A stretch of DNA of 64,000 nucleotides from Candidatus Kaiserbacteria bacterium (GTDB taxonomy: Bacteria; Patescibacteriota; Minisyncoccia; Phycocordibacterales; Phycocordibacteraceae). The notes under the pieces were generated by a model. The model ran no database searches and was not told the origin of the DNA. It saw only the letters and a list, made by a program, of their open reading frames with translations. Position 1 is the first letter of the stretch. The number at the start of each line of letters is the position of its first letter. The stretch spans positions 212,254 to 276,253 of the forward strand of contig DAIDIW010000002.1 of NCBI GenBank assembly GCA_027451665.1. Direction: 5' to 3'. A program made the translations under genes and the position numbers. This document shows, piece by piece, positions 38,402-48,377 of this stretch.

Positions 38402-38970
38402 TTTGGCAATTCCGTTGCGCCCGGGCAGAAGCTGAAGCCGAGGTTCGTTCCCGAATAGAATTGATTCACGTAATAGGGCGTGCCCACATAATAGTTGATC
38501 GAGCACAGCTGCGTTTGAGGGATGCCGAGCGTCTTTACGAGAAACGTCTGCGCCTCCTCTCGCACGGGACCGAGCGGTTCCTTGAGGAGAACCACGTTGA
38601 AGAACGAATCGCTCGTCGTATACGAGATTGAGAAGTCGGTCGTTGAGGCGGCCGAGGGACACGTTCCATTCGCAAGGCAATAGCCCGTCGATCCAGCGAG
38701 CAGATAGCGGCCAGGGTTCGCGGGATCCGGGACCGTGACGCCATTATGCAAGAAGTCAGTCGTCTGCGCCGTCGTCGAGCCCTGGACGGTTATCGTCGCA
38801 AGCGGGCGTGCAACGGTCGAACCTGCGACCGGAAGGCTGGGCGTCGTCGAGGTAGCGATCACAGGTGGCGTATCCTTCCCCTGGACGGCATAGGCGAGTA
38901 TCACCCCGATAAGGACGAGCATCGCGAATACTCCGAGGATGATGAGGATCGTCCGCTTCATACGCCGCAT
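38398..38970 (-). CDS. hypothetical secreted protein (TM anchor, Thr/Ser-rich, Cys-containing)
   Basis: MRRMKRTILIILGVFAMLVLIGVILAYA then a ~150-aa domain. Confidence 0.45.
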   Translation of the reverse strand: MRRMKRTILIILGVFAMLVLIGVILAYAVQGKDTPPVIATSTTPSLPVAGSTVARPLATITVQGSTTAQTTDFLHNGVTVPDPANPGRYLLAGSTGYCLANGTCPSAASTTDFSISYTTSDSFFNVVLLKEPLGPVREEAQTFLVKTLGIPQTQLCSINYYVGTPYYVNQFYSGTNLGFSFCPGATELPN

Positions 38971-39908
38971 TTGCTAGCCGTAGCCCAATTCTTATAACCG
39001 CCACTATGGTCATAGAGCCACTGCGCAGCGGTGGCGTTGCAGGAGGCGTTGCTTGCGGCGGCTGCGCATGCGTTATAGAGCGTGATTTGCGTCGGATTGG
39101 GCGCGCCACCCGGGAGAACTGCCGTATGGCAGTTCAGACTGCCGCTCACCGCAAAGCCTGCGGTTTGCGCGGCCTGCGTACAGACCGGGAAATTCAAGTT
39201 ATGTCCCGCATCATTCCAGCCGAAGGTAATCTGAAAAAGGCCGGTCGCCGAGCTTCCCGGATTCTTCGCGGTGAGATTGCAGCTGCTCTCTTGCTGAGCG
39301 ATGCACGACATTGCAGTCGCGATCGAGGCGCTTATGCCGTCCGCCTGAATCGCCGCAGGCGAGCAATCTCCGGTCTGTGGCGCGAGCTGCTGCACGCCGT
39401 TCTGCGAGATGCTCGTTACGACATTCGGATTCTGGTATTGCGCCTGGTTAAGCGCAGCTGCGACGGGAAGGCACTGCGGAGCGCCTTGCGAGGAAATGAG
39501 GCTTTGCCAACGCATGCCGAATGGCTGCCCGTTGTTCGGCGTAAGCGCGACCATGATCGCGTCGACGATGAGCCACGCCGAAAGCGCCACGACGATGCCC
39601 ACAATCGTGTTTACGAGGATGCTATTAGCCTTGCGGCGATCTCCAGCGCTCGTGGGGCTCAGCACATAGAGGAAGCCCGCGTAGGCGATCGCGAGCGGCG
39701 CTATGAACACGATCGCGACCGTGAGCGCGAAGCTGATGATGTTGTTGATCACCGTTATGACCATGCCCCAATCGGCGGGACACACGTTCAGATTGTTCCC
39801 TTGCGGGATGATCGGCCCGAAGAACGGAATCGAAGCATGCGCCAGCGGCGGGAGCACGAAAGCTGCAGAGAGAACGAATATGAAGAAAGCCGACGAGCGC
39901 GAACGCAT
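38958..39908 (-). CDS. TrbC/VirB2-like pilin-type N-terminal module fused to a Cys-rich secreted C-terminal domain
   Basis: Signal MRSRSSAFFIFVLSAAFVLPPLAHA, then hydrophobic helices (ITVINNIISFALTVAIVFIAPLAIAYAGFLYV) resembling the pilin paralogs at 50-52.6 kb, then ~200 aa with >10 Cys. Confidence 0.5.
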   Translation of the reverse strand: MRSRSSAFFIFVLSAAFVLPPLAHASIPFFGPIIPQGNNLNVCPADWGMVITVINNIISFALTVAIVFIAPLAIAYAGFLYVLSPTSAGDRRKANSILVNTIVGIVVALSAWLIVDAIMVALTPNNGQPFGMRWQSLISSQGAPQCLPVAAALNQAQYQNPNVVTSISQNGVQQLAPQTGDCSPAAIQADGISASIATAMSCIAQQESSCNLTAKNPGSSATGLFQITFGWNDAGHNLNFPVCTQAAQTAGFAVSGSLNCHTAVLPGGAPNPTQITLYNACAAAASNASCNATAAQWLYDHSGGYKNWATASKCGV

Positions 39909-39995
39909 AGGTCCATGATACCCTCATCATGAGCTCGTGCTTGACGCTTTCCCCACCGAACGCTATCTGCTATCGTTTCCCTATCCGTGCGACAC

Positions 39996-40066
39996 GGGTC
40001 TATAGTTCAATGGTAGAACGCCGGTCTCCAAAACCGGTAATCCAGGTTCGAGTCCTGGTGGACCCG
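39996..40066 (+). tRNA. tRNA-Trp (anticodon CCA)
   Basis: GGGTCTATAGTTCAATGGTAGAACGCCGGTCTCCAAAACCGG...CCAGGTTCGAGTCCTGGTGGACCCG. Confidence 0.8.
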
Positions 40067-40090
40067 CCCGAAAAATGAGAATGGACTTGC

Positions 40091-40133
40091 AAAACGACAA
40101 CTGCCCGGAAGGGGCAGTTGTCGTTTTCTTTAT
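40091..40133 (+). terminator. rho-independent terminator after tRNA-Trp (abuts the rpmG stop, possibly bidirectional)
   Basis: aaaacgacaactgccc-ggaa-ggggcagttgtcgtttt followed by ctttatttctt. Confidence 0.5.
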
Positions 40134-40285
40134 TTCTTCGCCTCCTTGTAGGCGACGCGCTTGCGAATCGTCGGATCGAACTTCTGAAGCTCGATCTTAC
40201 GCGTCACGAGCTTCTTGTTCTTCCGCGTGTAGTACACGTGGTCGGACTCGGACGACTTCAGCTTGATAAGACGGTCTTGAGACAT
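40130..40285 (-). CDS. rpmG: 50S ribosomal protein L33
   Basis: MSQDRLIKLKSSESDHVYYTRKNKKLVTRKIELQKFDPTIRKRVAYKEAK, compared with the E. coli L33 pattern K..IKL.S......YTT.KNK......LEL.KFDP..R.HV.YKE.K. ATG at 40285. Confidence 0.8.
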   Translation of the reverse strand: MSQDRLIKLKSSESDHVYYTRKNKKLVTRKIELQKFDPTIRKRVAYKEAKK

Positions 40286-40360
40286 AGGTAGAGCTAATAT
40301 ACCAGCCGCTGCGCCTCTCCGCAAGCACAAACGGCGGGCGGCGAATTCGAGCGGAGGACC

Positions 40361-43039
40361 TTAGGCGGCAGCCTTAGCCTGCGCGCGCGACGCTCGGTTC
40401 GCCTTCCGCTTCACGTCGAAGTATGGCTCACCATTCTTAAGCGAAACCGTCACCGTACCCCCCTCCATGACGCCATGAGCGACCATCATGGTCGCGAGTG
40501 GGGTCAGGATCGCATCCTGGATCGTACGCCGCAACGGGCGCGCGCCATACTGCGGATTGTAGCCCTTCTCTGCGAGCCACGTCTTCACATCGTCGGCGAC
40601 TGAAAGTGCAATGCGCTTCTCAGCAAGCCGCTTCACGACCTCATCCACTTGTGTATCGACGATGCGAGCGAGCGCATCCCTCGAGAGCACGTCGAAGATG
40701 ATGATGTCGTCGAGGCGGTTCAAGAACTCCGGACGGAAGTGTTCTCGCAAGGCGCCCATCACCTTGTCCTTCGTCTCTTCGTAGAGGGTCGCATCAGAGG
40801 CGCCCGCGTGGCCGAAGCCGATATTCGCCAGCCGATCGATGTACTCGCTGCCGATATTGCTCGTGAGGATCACGATCGTATTCTTGAAATTGACCTTGCG
40901 GCCCTTGCCGTCGGTCAGGTGGCCCGAGTCGAGCACTTGTAGGAGAATATTGAAGACTTCGGGATGCGCCTTCTCAATTTCGTCGAACAGGACCACCGCG
41001 TACGGGCGATGACGGATGCGTTCTGTCAACGTTCCCGATTCCTCGTAGCCCACGTAGCCGGGCGGCGCGCCGATGAGCTTCGCCACCGAATGCTTCTCCA
41101 TGAACTCCGACATGTCGACACGCACAAGCGCATCCTTATCGTTGAACATAAACTCTGCGAGCTGACGCGAAAGTTCCGTCTTTCCGACGCCCGTGGGTCC
41201 GAGAAAGAGGAAGGAGCCGATCGGGCGATTCGGATCCGAGATGCCCACACGTGATCGCTTCACCGCGTCGGTCACCTTCTTTACTGCCGCATCCTGTCCG
41301 ATGATGCCTGCTCTGAGCGCCTCCTCCATCCGGGCAAGTTTTGCCGCCTCCTCTTCGAGCATCTTCTGCACCGGAATACCCGTCCAGCGCGAGACTACCG
41401 CAGCGATGTCCTGCTCGGTCACTTCCTCGTTAAGGATTCGCCGCGATTTTTGCAGCGTCTTGAGGCGCTTGAGCTTCGTTTCGAGATCCTTCTGGATGCT
41501 CGGGATGCGGCCGTAACGTATCTCAGCTGCGGTGCCGAGATCGGCAGTCGCCTCGGCGTTGTCGGCCTGGACCTTGAGCTCTTCGAGCTCCTTCTTCGCG
41601 CTGCGGATGCCCTCGAGCACCTCCCTCTCATTCTTCCACTTGAGTTCGAGCTCGGAGGTCTTCTCACGGAGATCGGCTATCTCTGCATCGATATCCTTGA
41701 TGCGCTCCCGTATCTGCTTCGAGTCCTCGCCGTCCTTATCCTTCTCGAGCGCCTGTTTCTCGATTTCGAGTCGGCGGATGCGACGATCGGTCTCCTCAAG
41801 GAGCGGCGGTTTGTTCTCGAGCGCGATGCGTAAGCCAGAAGCGGCTTCGTCAATGAGGTCGATTGCCTTATCAGGAAGATACCGATCGCTTATATACCGG
41901 GAAGAAAGCTCTACCGCAGCAACGATCGCGCCGTCGGTAATGCGCACGCCATGGAAAAGCTCGTATCGGTCGCGCAATCCGCGCAAAATCGCGATGCCGT
42001 CTTCGATCGAGGGTTCGTTCACGAAGACCGGCTGGAACCGGCGCGTGAGTGCGGCGTCCTTTTCAATATGCTTCTGGTATTCCTTGAGCGTCGTCGCGCC
42101 GATCATGCGAAGCTCGCCGCGCGCGAGCGCCGGCTTCAGCATGTTCGAGGCATCCATCGCGCCATCGGCCGCTCCGGCGCCCACGAGCGTATGCAGCTCG
42201 TCAATGAAGAGGATCACCTTCCCCTCGGAGCGTTCGACCTCCTTCATGACATTCTTCATGCGCTCTTCGAATTCGCCGCGATATTTGGTACCGGCGATCA
42301 TGAGCCCCAGATCGAGTGAAAGCAGCTCCTTCCCTTTGATCGATTCGGGGACATCACCTGCCGCCATGCGTCCGGCAAGTCCCTCCGCGATTGCGGTCTT
42401 GCCGACGCCCGCCTCGCCGATGAGTACCGGGTTATTCTTCGTACGACGCGCGAGTATCTGTATGACACGATTTATCTCCGCATCCCGTCCGATGACCGGA
42501 TCTAGCTTGTTCTCATGCGCAAGTCGCGTGAGATTGCGGGCATATTTTGCAAGCGCGCGGAAACGCTTCGGTTCCGCATCACCGCCCTCTTTCGCGCTCT
42601 TGAGCTCTTTGAGTATCGCGCCCGCATTCTCGCGGGTGATCGAGAAGCGCGCAAGAATATCCGCGGCCGGTCCGGGGTGTTCGATCACCGCAAGGAAGAG
42701 GTGCTCGGTGCCTACGAACGAATCGTTCATACGGGCCGCTATCTTTCCCGCTGCTTCAAGCGCCTGCGCAAGATCCGGCGTCAGGTAGATCTGATACGAG
42801 GGCGAGAGCGTCGCGGTCGACTCCGGTGATTCGAGATGTTCGAGTACCATGTCTGCTAGCATGATCGTGTCTATCTCCATGCGATCAAGAATCGAGAACA
42901 CCAGTGATTCTTCCTGGAGAACGAGCGCAGCCAACAGATGCAGCGGCGACACATGGTTCTGGCCGCGCTCGATCGCAAGCTCATGCGCGCGGCGCACTGC
43001 TTCTTTAGCTTTCGTAGTGAAATTGGTAAATGGAGGCAT
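40361..43039 (-). CDS. clpB: ATP-dependent chaperone ClpB
   Basis: Clp N domain, two AAA+ modules ([15 protein letters not shown]; [11 protein letters not shown]), a long M-domain coiled coil. 892 aa. Confidence 0.9.
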   Translation of the reverse strand: MPPFTNFTTKAKEAVRRAHELAIERGQNHVSPLHLLAALVLQEESLVFSILDRMEIDTIMLADMVLEHLESPESTATLSPSYQIYLTPDLAQALEAAGKIAARMNDSFVGTEHLFLAVIEHPGPAADILARFSITRENAGAILKELKSAKEGGDAEPKRFRALAKYARNLTRLAHENKLDPVIGRDAEINRVIQILARRTKNNPVLIGEAGVGKTAIAEGLAGRMAAGDVPESIKGKELLSLDLGLMIAGTKYRGEFEERMKNVMKEVERSEGKVILFIDELHTLVGAGAADGAMDASNMLKPALARGELRMIGATTLKEYQKHIEKDAALTRRFQPVFVNEPSIEDGIAILRGLRDRYELFHGVRITDGAIVAAVELSSRYISDRYLPDKAIDLIDEAASGLRIALENKPPLLEETDRRIRRLEIEKQALEKDKDGEDSKQIRERIKDIDAEIADLREKTSELELKWKNEREVLEGIRSAKKELEELKVQADNAEATADLGTAAEIRYGRIPSIQKDLETKLKRLKTLQKSRRILNEEVTEQDIAAVVSRWTGIPVQKMLEEEAAKLARMEEALRAGIIGQDAAVKKVTDAVKRSRVGISDPNRPIGSFLFLGPTGVGKTELSRQLAEFMFNDKDALVRVDMSEFMEKHSVAKLIGAPPGYVGYEESGTLTERIRHRPYAVVLFDEIEKAHPEVFNILLQVLDSGHLTDGKGRKVNFKNTIVILTSNIGSEYIDRLANIGFGHAGASDATLYEETKDKVMGALREHFRPEFLNRLDDIIIFDVLSRDALARIVDTQVDEVVKRLAEKRIALSVADDVKTWLAEKGYNPQYGARPLRRTIQDAILTPLATMMVAHGVMEGGTVTVSLKNGEPYFDVKRKANRASRAQAKAAA

Positions 43040-43159
43040 AGAGATATATGGTACGGCCTATCATCGGCCCGAGCAAATAGCGGATAAGACCGCCGATCCG
43101 CAAAATCGCAGTCCCGCTATGCACTGAATGGGCGCATAGCGCGCCATTCACACTAGCTA

Positions 43160-43945
43160 TTACGCATGCGGCGTTGTCGATGTTCCTATCGCGGGCGTCG
43201 AAGTGGAGTTCAGAAGCTTCGTGATCGTGTCGGAGGGGAACAGAAGACCTGGCGTCGCGCCCTGCGCGATCCCGATGAGGTTCCCGGAGAGATCGACGAC
43301 GGCGCTCCCCGCGCCAATATCCGGCAGCGTCGTGTAGACGCTTTTGCTATCAACGCGCGCGACGATGCCCGTCGATGCGGCGCCGTCCGCACCAATGGCA
43401 AGCGCCGTCTCACCGAGCTTGAGCGACGCGGCACTCACGAGCTTCGGTGGATTCGCCTTCGGGAGCTTCGCGCCGTTTGCAAACCCGTAAATGGCAATGC
43501 CGTCCCCTTCATGAGAAAGCGAGGCAGGCGCGGAGGAGTCGTCGGCGAAACGCACCACGATCTCGAGCGGCAGCGAGTCCTTTGCGGCGGTCACAATCGC
43601 TTCTGCAGACGGAAGATAGGTACCGACTGCGAGCGCGGGTGTCGAGGTGCCCGCGGAGGCCGGATAGAGCGCGACGACACGCGCGGCGTCAGCGCCGATT
43701 GCCTCGGTCACAAGATCCTGGTTCGACGGCGCAGGCGCGCTCGCGGCAGCCGCGGGCTGCGCGGGCGTCGCCTGCGTGACCGTCTCAATCGTGTGCTCGA
43801 CGACGCGATTCACCGTCTGGGTGACAAAAGGCGGTGCCTGGTCGAGGAGCGAGACCGTGATAATGCCGGTAGCGACCGAAGTCACGAAGTTCACGAGGAT
43901 GGTGAGCAGGATGAGCTGCGATTTGGAGAGTTCCTCGATATTCAT
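43160..43945 (-). CDS. membrane-anchored trypsin-like (HtrA/DegP-like) serine protease-fold protein with a degenerate catalytic motif
   Basis: N-terminal TM, then segments resembling the chymotrypsin fold (...GETALAIGADGAASTGIVARVDS...TLPDIGAGSAVVDLSGNLIGIAQG), but GAGSA replaces GNSGG. Confidence 0.4.
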   Translation of the reverse strand: MNIEELSKSQLILLTILVNFVTSVATGIITVSLLDQAPPFVTQTVNRVVEHTIETVTQATPAQPAAAASAPAPSNQDLVTEAIGADAARVVALYPASAGTSTPALAVGTYLPSAEAIVTAAKDSLPLEIVVRFADDSSAPASLSHEGDGIAIYGFANGAKLPKANPPKLVSAASLKLGETALAIGADGAASTGIVARVDSKSVYTTLPDIGAGSAVVDLSGNLIGIAQGATPGLLFPSDTITKLLNSTSTPAIGTSTTPHA

Positions 43946-43957
43946 GAGGATATATTG

Positions 43958-45103
43958 CTACGTAAGCCGATGCGCGTCAATGAACGCGACTGCCTCGCGG
44001 AGCGCACGCGAAAATCGCAGGAGCCCCCGCCGAGTCGTCGCGCCTCCCCAGGAGATTCGAAGGGTGGCACGAGCGCGCTCGGTGTCTCCGGTAAGCGCGA
44101 AGACTGCGCGAGAGCCCTCGTCCGAGTCCGTCTCACAGGCGCTGCGGGTCGAGACGGCAAATCCTGCCGCATCGAGAAGCATTGCGAGATAATCGGTATC
44201 GCGTCCCGTGAGCGATATGTTCAGGATCTGCGGCGCCTGCGTACGGCCCTCATTCACCGCAAGGCCTTCGATTCCATCCATAGCCGACACGAGAGCTGCG
44301 CGCTCGCGCGACGCCGTTTCGCGGAAGCGCTCACGGCGGGATACTGCTTTCTGAAGTGCTCGCGCGAAGGTTGCTTGCGCGCTCACGTTCGGCGTCCCAC
44401 TCATGAGCGTACGCTCCTGCCCGCCGCCGCCATAGAGCGACGTAAGCGGGATCGTGCGATGCGCAATGAGACATCCCGCGCCCGGAACTCCGAGCTTGCC
44501 TCCGTCGAACACGAGAAGATCAGCGCCATAGTGACTCATCTCGAGCTTCTCCGTAAACGGCGCCTGGCTCGCGTCCACGTGCAACAGCGGACGACGATCG
44601 TTCGCTTGGATGCGGTGCCCCTCAAGCATCGTTCGCACTGCCCGCGTATTCCACACGACGCCCGTCTCCCCGCAAACCGCTTCAAGCGAGACGAGCACCG
44701 TATCGTCGGTCAACTGCGCTTCGAGCCGTTCAAGGTCGATGCTCCCGTCCTTCAACACGAGCGGCTCGACTGCGACGCCCTCGCGCTCGAGTAGCCGCAC
44801 ATTCTCCACGATCGAGGCGTGTGCGCCAGGGTGATAGAGCACGTGCCGCTTCCCTTCGCGCGCACGGACGGTGCCGAGGATCGCGAGCGCGTTCGCGGGA
44901 GTGGCGCCAGACGTGAAGACCACATCGTCGGCCTTACACTCGACGAGACGCGCGATCGCGGTCCGCGCCGCTTCGAGGCGTTCGCGCGCCGCACGGCCCT
45001 CGGCGTGTGGCGACGACGGATTCGGCTCCATTCCGGCCGCAACGTCGAGATACATCCTATGCGCAAAGAAGCTCATACGACCGTTGTAACGCATGACGCC
45101 CAT
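43958..45103 (-). CDS. cysteine desulfurase / class V aminotransferase family protein
   Basis: YLDVAAG..P...FTSGATPANALA...LHVDASQA...GGKLGVPGAG. The fold-type I PLP pattern matches, but the His before the Lys is absent. Confidence 0.7.
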   Translation of the reverse strand: MGVMRYNGRMSFFAHRMYLDVAAGMEPNPSSPHAEGRAARERLEAARTAIARLVECKADDVVFTSGATPANALAILGTVRAREGKRHVLYHPGAHASIVENVRLLEREGVAVEPLVLKDGSIDLERLEAQLTDDTVLVSLEAVCGETGVVWNTRAVRTMLEGHRIQANDRRPLLHVDASQAPFTEKLEMSHYGADLLVFDGGKLGVPGAGCLIAHRTIPLTSLYGGGGQERTLMSGTPNVSAQATFARALQKAVSRRERFRETASRERAALVSAMDGIEGLAVNEGRTQAPQILNISLTGRDTDYLAMLLDAAGFAVSTRSACETDSDEGSRAVFALTGDTERARATLRISWGGATTRRGLLRFSRALREAVAFIDAHRLT

Positions 45104-45158
45104 ATACGCTAGACGAGACTTTGCGGAAAGTCATTTTTCATGATGAAATGAGGCCACT

Positions 45159-46631
45159 ATGGCGAAGTCCGCACGGCCGCCCGTCATCGCGGTGATGGGT
45201 CATATAGACCATGGCAAGTCCTCGCTTCTGGATTACATCCGGAAGGAGAATGTCGTCGACGGCGAGGTCGGAGGCATCACTCAACACGTTGCCGCCTATA
45301 TCGCGGAACATAACGGCCGCCACATCACCTTCCTCGATACGCCGGGACACGAAGCGTTCAAGACCCTCAGGAGCCGCGGCGCAGCCGCCGCAGACATCGC
45401 GATTCTCGTCGTCGCGGCAGACGAAGGCGTCATGCCCCAGACGCTCGATGCGCTCGCGGCCATAACGGAATCGAGCATCCCCTACCTCGTCGCTATCACG
45501 AAGATCGATAAGAACAATGCGGACATCGAGCGCGCGAAGAACTCCATGCTCGAGCACGGCATCTATCTCGAAGGACTCGGCGGCGATATCGCCTATGCCC
45601 CCATCTCCTCGAAGACCGGAGAGGGTATCCCCGAGCTCCTCGACCTCGTCCTGCTCGCGTCGGATATCGCGGAACCGTTGGCGGATGCTGCGGCAGCTGC
45701 GTCGGGCTTCGTACTCGAATCTTCCATGGATCCGAAACGCGGCGCCTCCGCCACGCTCATCGTGAAGGATGGGACGCTCTCGCAGGGCGACTTCGTCGTG
45801 GCTGGCGGCGCGTTCGCACCGGTGCGATACATCGAGAACTTCCGCGGCGAGCGCGTCGATTCCGTGGGCCCGTCGGCGCCCGCGCGCATCGCCGGATTCA
45901 GTGCGCTTCCGGAGGCGGGTGCGATATTCACGGTCGAGAAGACGAAGAAGCTCGCCGAAGCGGCAGCCCAGCGCAATGCGCAGCTCGCGAAGTCTGTGGC
46001 CGCCCAGGCTACAGCAACGCCCGAGGGTGCAGCCGAACTCCCGCTCATCGTGAAGGCCGATGTCGCAGGCTCCGTGGACGCGATACTCCATGAGCTCGCG
46101 AAGATTACTCACGAGCGCGCTTCGATCCGCATCGTAGCTACCGGCGTCGGCAGCGTTTCCGAGAACGATGTGAAGACCGCGTATGCTTCGGGCGCCACGA
46201 TTATCGGTTTCAACGTCGGTACTGAACCGCTTGCCCGCGATCTCGCCGATCGCGATCATGTTGCGGTGCGTACCTTCAGCATTATTTATGAGCTTTCACA
46301 GGAGGTCGTGAACCTCCTCACGGCCGCTGCGCCCGAGATCGATGTCGAACAGGAGCTTGGACGCGCGAAAGTCTTAAAGACCTTCTCCTCCGGCTCGAAG
46401 AAACAGGTGCTGGGCGCACGGCTCGTCTCGGGCGGATTCACACTCGGTGCAAAGATGAAAGTACTTCGCGGGGATGCCGAGATAACCCGCGGCTCAATCA
46501 CGAACCTTCAGCAGGCGCGCGCGGACGTGAAAGAGATCCGCACCGAAGGCGAGTTCGGGCTCGAGATCGAGGCGAGAGAAGATGCTCACCCGGGCGACTT
46601 CCTTGTGACGTTCACTGTCGTAAAAGCATGA
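45159..46631 (+). CDS. infB: translation initiation factor IF-2, short form (G domain to C2 only, 490 aa)
   Basis: [17 protein letters not shown]...[10 protein letters not shown]...NKIDK. It lacks the long N-terminal region of proteobacterial IF-2. Confidence 0.9.
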   Translation: MAKSARPPVIAVMGHIDHGKSSLLDYIRKENVVDGEVGGITQHVAAYIAEHNGRHITFLDTPGHEAFKTLRSRGAAAADIAILVVAADEGVMPQTLDALAAITESSIPYLVAITKIDKNNADIERAKNSMLEHGIYLEGLGGDIAYAPISSKTGEGIPELLDLVLLASDIAEPLADAAAAASGFVLESSMDPKRGASATLIVKDGTLSQGDFVVAGGAFAPVRYIENFRGERVDSVGPSAPARIAGFSALPEAGAIFTVEKTKKLAEAAAQRNAQLAKSVAAQATATPEGAAELPLIVKADVAGSVDAILHELAKITHERASIRIVATGVGSVSENDVKTAYASGATIIGFNVGTEPLARDLADRDHVAVRTFSIIYELSQEVVNLLTAAAPEIDVEQELGRAKVLKTFSSGSKKQVLGARLVSGGFTLGAKMKVLRGDAEITRGSITNLQQARADVKEIRTEGEFGLEIEAREDAHPGDFLVTFTVVKA

Positions 46632-46951
46632 GCCTCCACACCGAACGAGCGGCACACGTCATCAGCCGGGCGGCGGCTGAGTTCATCGAACGCAACGCGG
46701 GGCGTGATTCGCTCATCACCGTAACCAGAGCCGTGCCGAACGCCCATGGCGACACCTACACGGTGTTTGTCTCTGTTCTCCCGGACGATAAGATTCGCCC
46801 TGCACTCGCCTTTCTCGAACGGCAGCGTGAAGAATTCTCCGAATACTTGAAAAGACACGCACGATTACGCCCCATGCCGCGTATCGACTTCACGCTCGAC
46901 GAGGGCGAGAAGAATCGGCAGCGCTTAGACGAACTTTCAAACGAGGTATAG
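46628..46951 (+). CDS. rbfA: ribosome-binding factor A
   Basis: Overlaps the infB stop in the canonical infB-rbfA order. KH-like pattern (...LITVTRAVPNAHGDTYTVFVSVL...). Confidence 0.75.
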   Translation: MSLHTERAAHVISRAAAEFIERNAGRDSLITVTRAVPNAHGDTYTVFVSVLPDDKIRPALAFLERQREEFSEYLKRHARLRPMPRIDFTLDEGEKNRQRLDELSNEV

Positions 46952-46966
46952 TAGAATCGGTTGAAC

Positions 46967-47041
46967 GGCCTGATGGTGAAGTGGTAACACGACGGTCTGC
47001 AAAACCGTTATGCGCGGGTCCGATTCCCGCTCAGGCCTCCA
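46967..47041 (+). tRNA. tRNA-Cys (anticodon GCA), CCA encoded
   Basis: GGCCTGATGGTGAAGTGGTAACACGACGGTCTGCAAAACCGT...GCGGGTCCGATTCCCGCTCAGGCCTCCA. Confidence 0.8.
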
Positions 47042-47065
47042 GAGTCCATCCGACTCATGTTCCTT

Positions 47066-47154
47066 GCCGAGGTGATGGAATGGTAGACATACAGGACTTA
47101 AAATCCTGAGAGGGCCTAAAAATCCTCATGTGGGTTCGAGTCCCACCCTCGGTA
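47066..47154 (+). tRNA. tRNA-Leu (anticodon TAA), long variable arm
   Basis: GCCGAGGTGATGGAATGGTAGACATACAGGACTTAAAATCCTG...GTGGGTTCGAGTCCCACCCTCGGTA. Confidence 0.75.
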
Positions 47155-47176
47155 CTCGTGCTACGATGGAGCGACT

Positions 47177-48013
47177 ATGGAACCCATGGTCTGGCTGAAC
47201 GGATCGCTCAAACCGCTTTCGGAGGCGACGATCGGCGTCTACGACCTCTCGCTTTTACGCGGCTACGGTATCTATGAAGGGCTCGCTGCGCATGACGGAG
47301 AACCCTTCCGCTTCCACGATCACTGGCAACGCTTCGGCCGCTCCGCCGCAACGCTCGATCTCGCGCTTCCCTATGCCGAAGGTGAGGTGCTCCTCGCCAT
47401 GCGCGACGTCGTTCGCGCGAACGCGCCGCACGGACGAGCGACGATCCGCATGATTCTCACCGGCGGTACCGCCGAGGGCGGTATCGTGCACGTACGCGGA
47501 CGCGAGGTGCTCTACCTGCTTGCCGAGCCCATGGCACCCTATCCTGCACCCTGGTATGAACAGGGTGCGCGCGCAATCACGCATGAGCACAGGCGCGTCT
47601 TGCCGGAGTTCAAGACTATCGACTATATCGCCGCGGTCAGATTACAACCAAAGCTCAGGGAGACGGGCGCGGCGGAAGCAATCTACGTCTCGGAAGGATG
47701 CGCGCTCGAATGCACGGGGAGCAACTTGTTCGCTGTGAAGGACGAGGTCATCATTACGCCGGCAGAGGGAATGCTTCACGGCATCACAAGAAACGTCACG
47801 CTCGAGCTCGCGCGCGCCGCCGGCATGAAGGTTGAAGAGCGCACGCTGCCCCTCTCGGAGCTGCTCTCCTCCGACGAGGCGTTTATCACCTCTTCATTCA
47901 AGGACATCGTTCCCCTCGCCTCGGTGGACGATACGCCCATACCGTCTCCGGGACCGATCACGAGGAATCTCATGGCGCGATTTGCGCAGTACGCAAATGG
48001 TTTCAGAAACTGA
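47177..48013 (+). CDS. class IV aminotransferase (branched-chain amino acid / D-amino acid aminotransferase family)
   Basis: LLRGYGIYEGL...F....H..R...S...L...EAIYV....ECTGSNLFAV...ITP....LHGITR. Confidence 0.8.
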   Translation: MEPMVWLNGSLKPLSEATIGVYDLSLLRGYGIYEGLAAHDGEPFRFHDHWQRFGRSAATLDLALPYAEGEVLLAMRDVVRANAPHGRATIRMILTGGTAEGGIVHVRGREVLYLLAEPMAPYPAPWYEQGARAITHEHRRVLPEFKTIDYIAAVRLQPKLRETGAAEAIYVSEGCALECTGSNLFAVKDEVIITPAEGMLHGITRNVTLELARAAGMKVEERTLPLSELLSSDEAFITSSFKDIVPLASVDDTPIPSPGPITRNLMARFAQYANGFRN

Positions 48014-48023
48014 TCGTTCAGCA

Positions 48024-48062
48024 AAATGCGGAAGCGTCTGAAAGCGCATCCGCATTTTCTCT
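48024..48062. terminator. hairpin terminator between the aminotransferase (+) and tRNA-Lys (-), possibly bidirectional
   Basis: aaatgcgga-agcgtctgaaagcgca-tccgcattt followed by TCTCTC. Confidence 0.5.
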
Positions 48063-48065
48063 CAG

Positions 48066-48138
48066 TGCGCCCAGTAGGATTCGAACCTACGACCAGCCGA
48101 TTAAGAGTCGGATGCTCTACCAACTGAGCTATGGGCGC
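48066..48138 (-). tRNA. tRNA-Lys (anticodon CTT)
   Basis: Reverse complement GCGCCCATAGCTCAGTTGGTAGAGCATCCGACTCTTAATCGGCTGGTCGTAGGTTCGAATCCTACTGGGCGCA. It is close to E. coli tRNA-Lys. Confidence 0.75.
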
Positions 48139-48201
48139 GTAGCCAAAATATAGCAGAATAGAGTATTGTTTCAACACGTAGGTCCTTCAGGGCCTGGATA
48201 T

Positions 48202-48283
48202 GCGCGGGTGGCGAAATTGGTAGACGCACTAGCCTTAGGAGCTAGCGCCGCAAGGCATGGAGGTTCGAGTCCTCTCCCGCGCA
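48202..48283 (+). tRNA. tRNA-Leu (anticodon TAG), long variable arm
   Basis: GCGCGGGTGGCGAAATTGGTAGACGCACTAGCCTTAGGAGCTAG...GGAGGTTCGAGTCCTCTCCCGCGCA. The track ORFs 48166-48381 and 48257-48670 overlap it and are spurious. Confidence 0.75.
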
Positions 48284-48377
48284 CCCGCTACCGATGTATG
48301 CCGCGCGCTGACGCGCGGCATACGATACTTGACATTATGTATATCTCATGTAGTATGCTTATCCAGGAAACCGAACC

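Noticed and set aside
41532-44794. Long + strand ORFs (41532-42788, 418 aa; 43166-44794, 542 aa)
   Set aside because: They are antisense to clpB and to the protease-like and cysteine-desulfurase genes. They are Ser/Arg-rich and low complexity with no motifs.
45138-46259. 373-aa minus-strand ORF
   Set aside because: It is antisense to infB (IF-2 G-domain motifs on the + strand).
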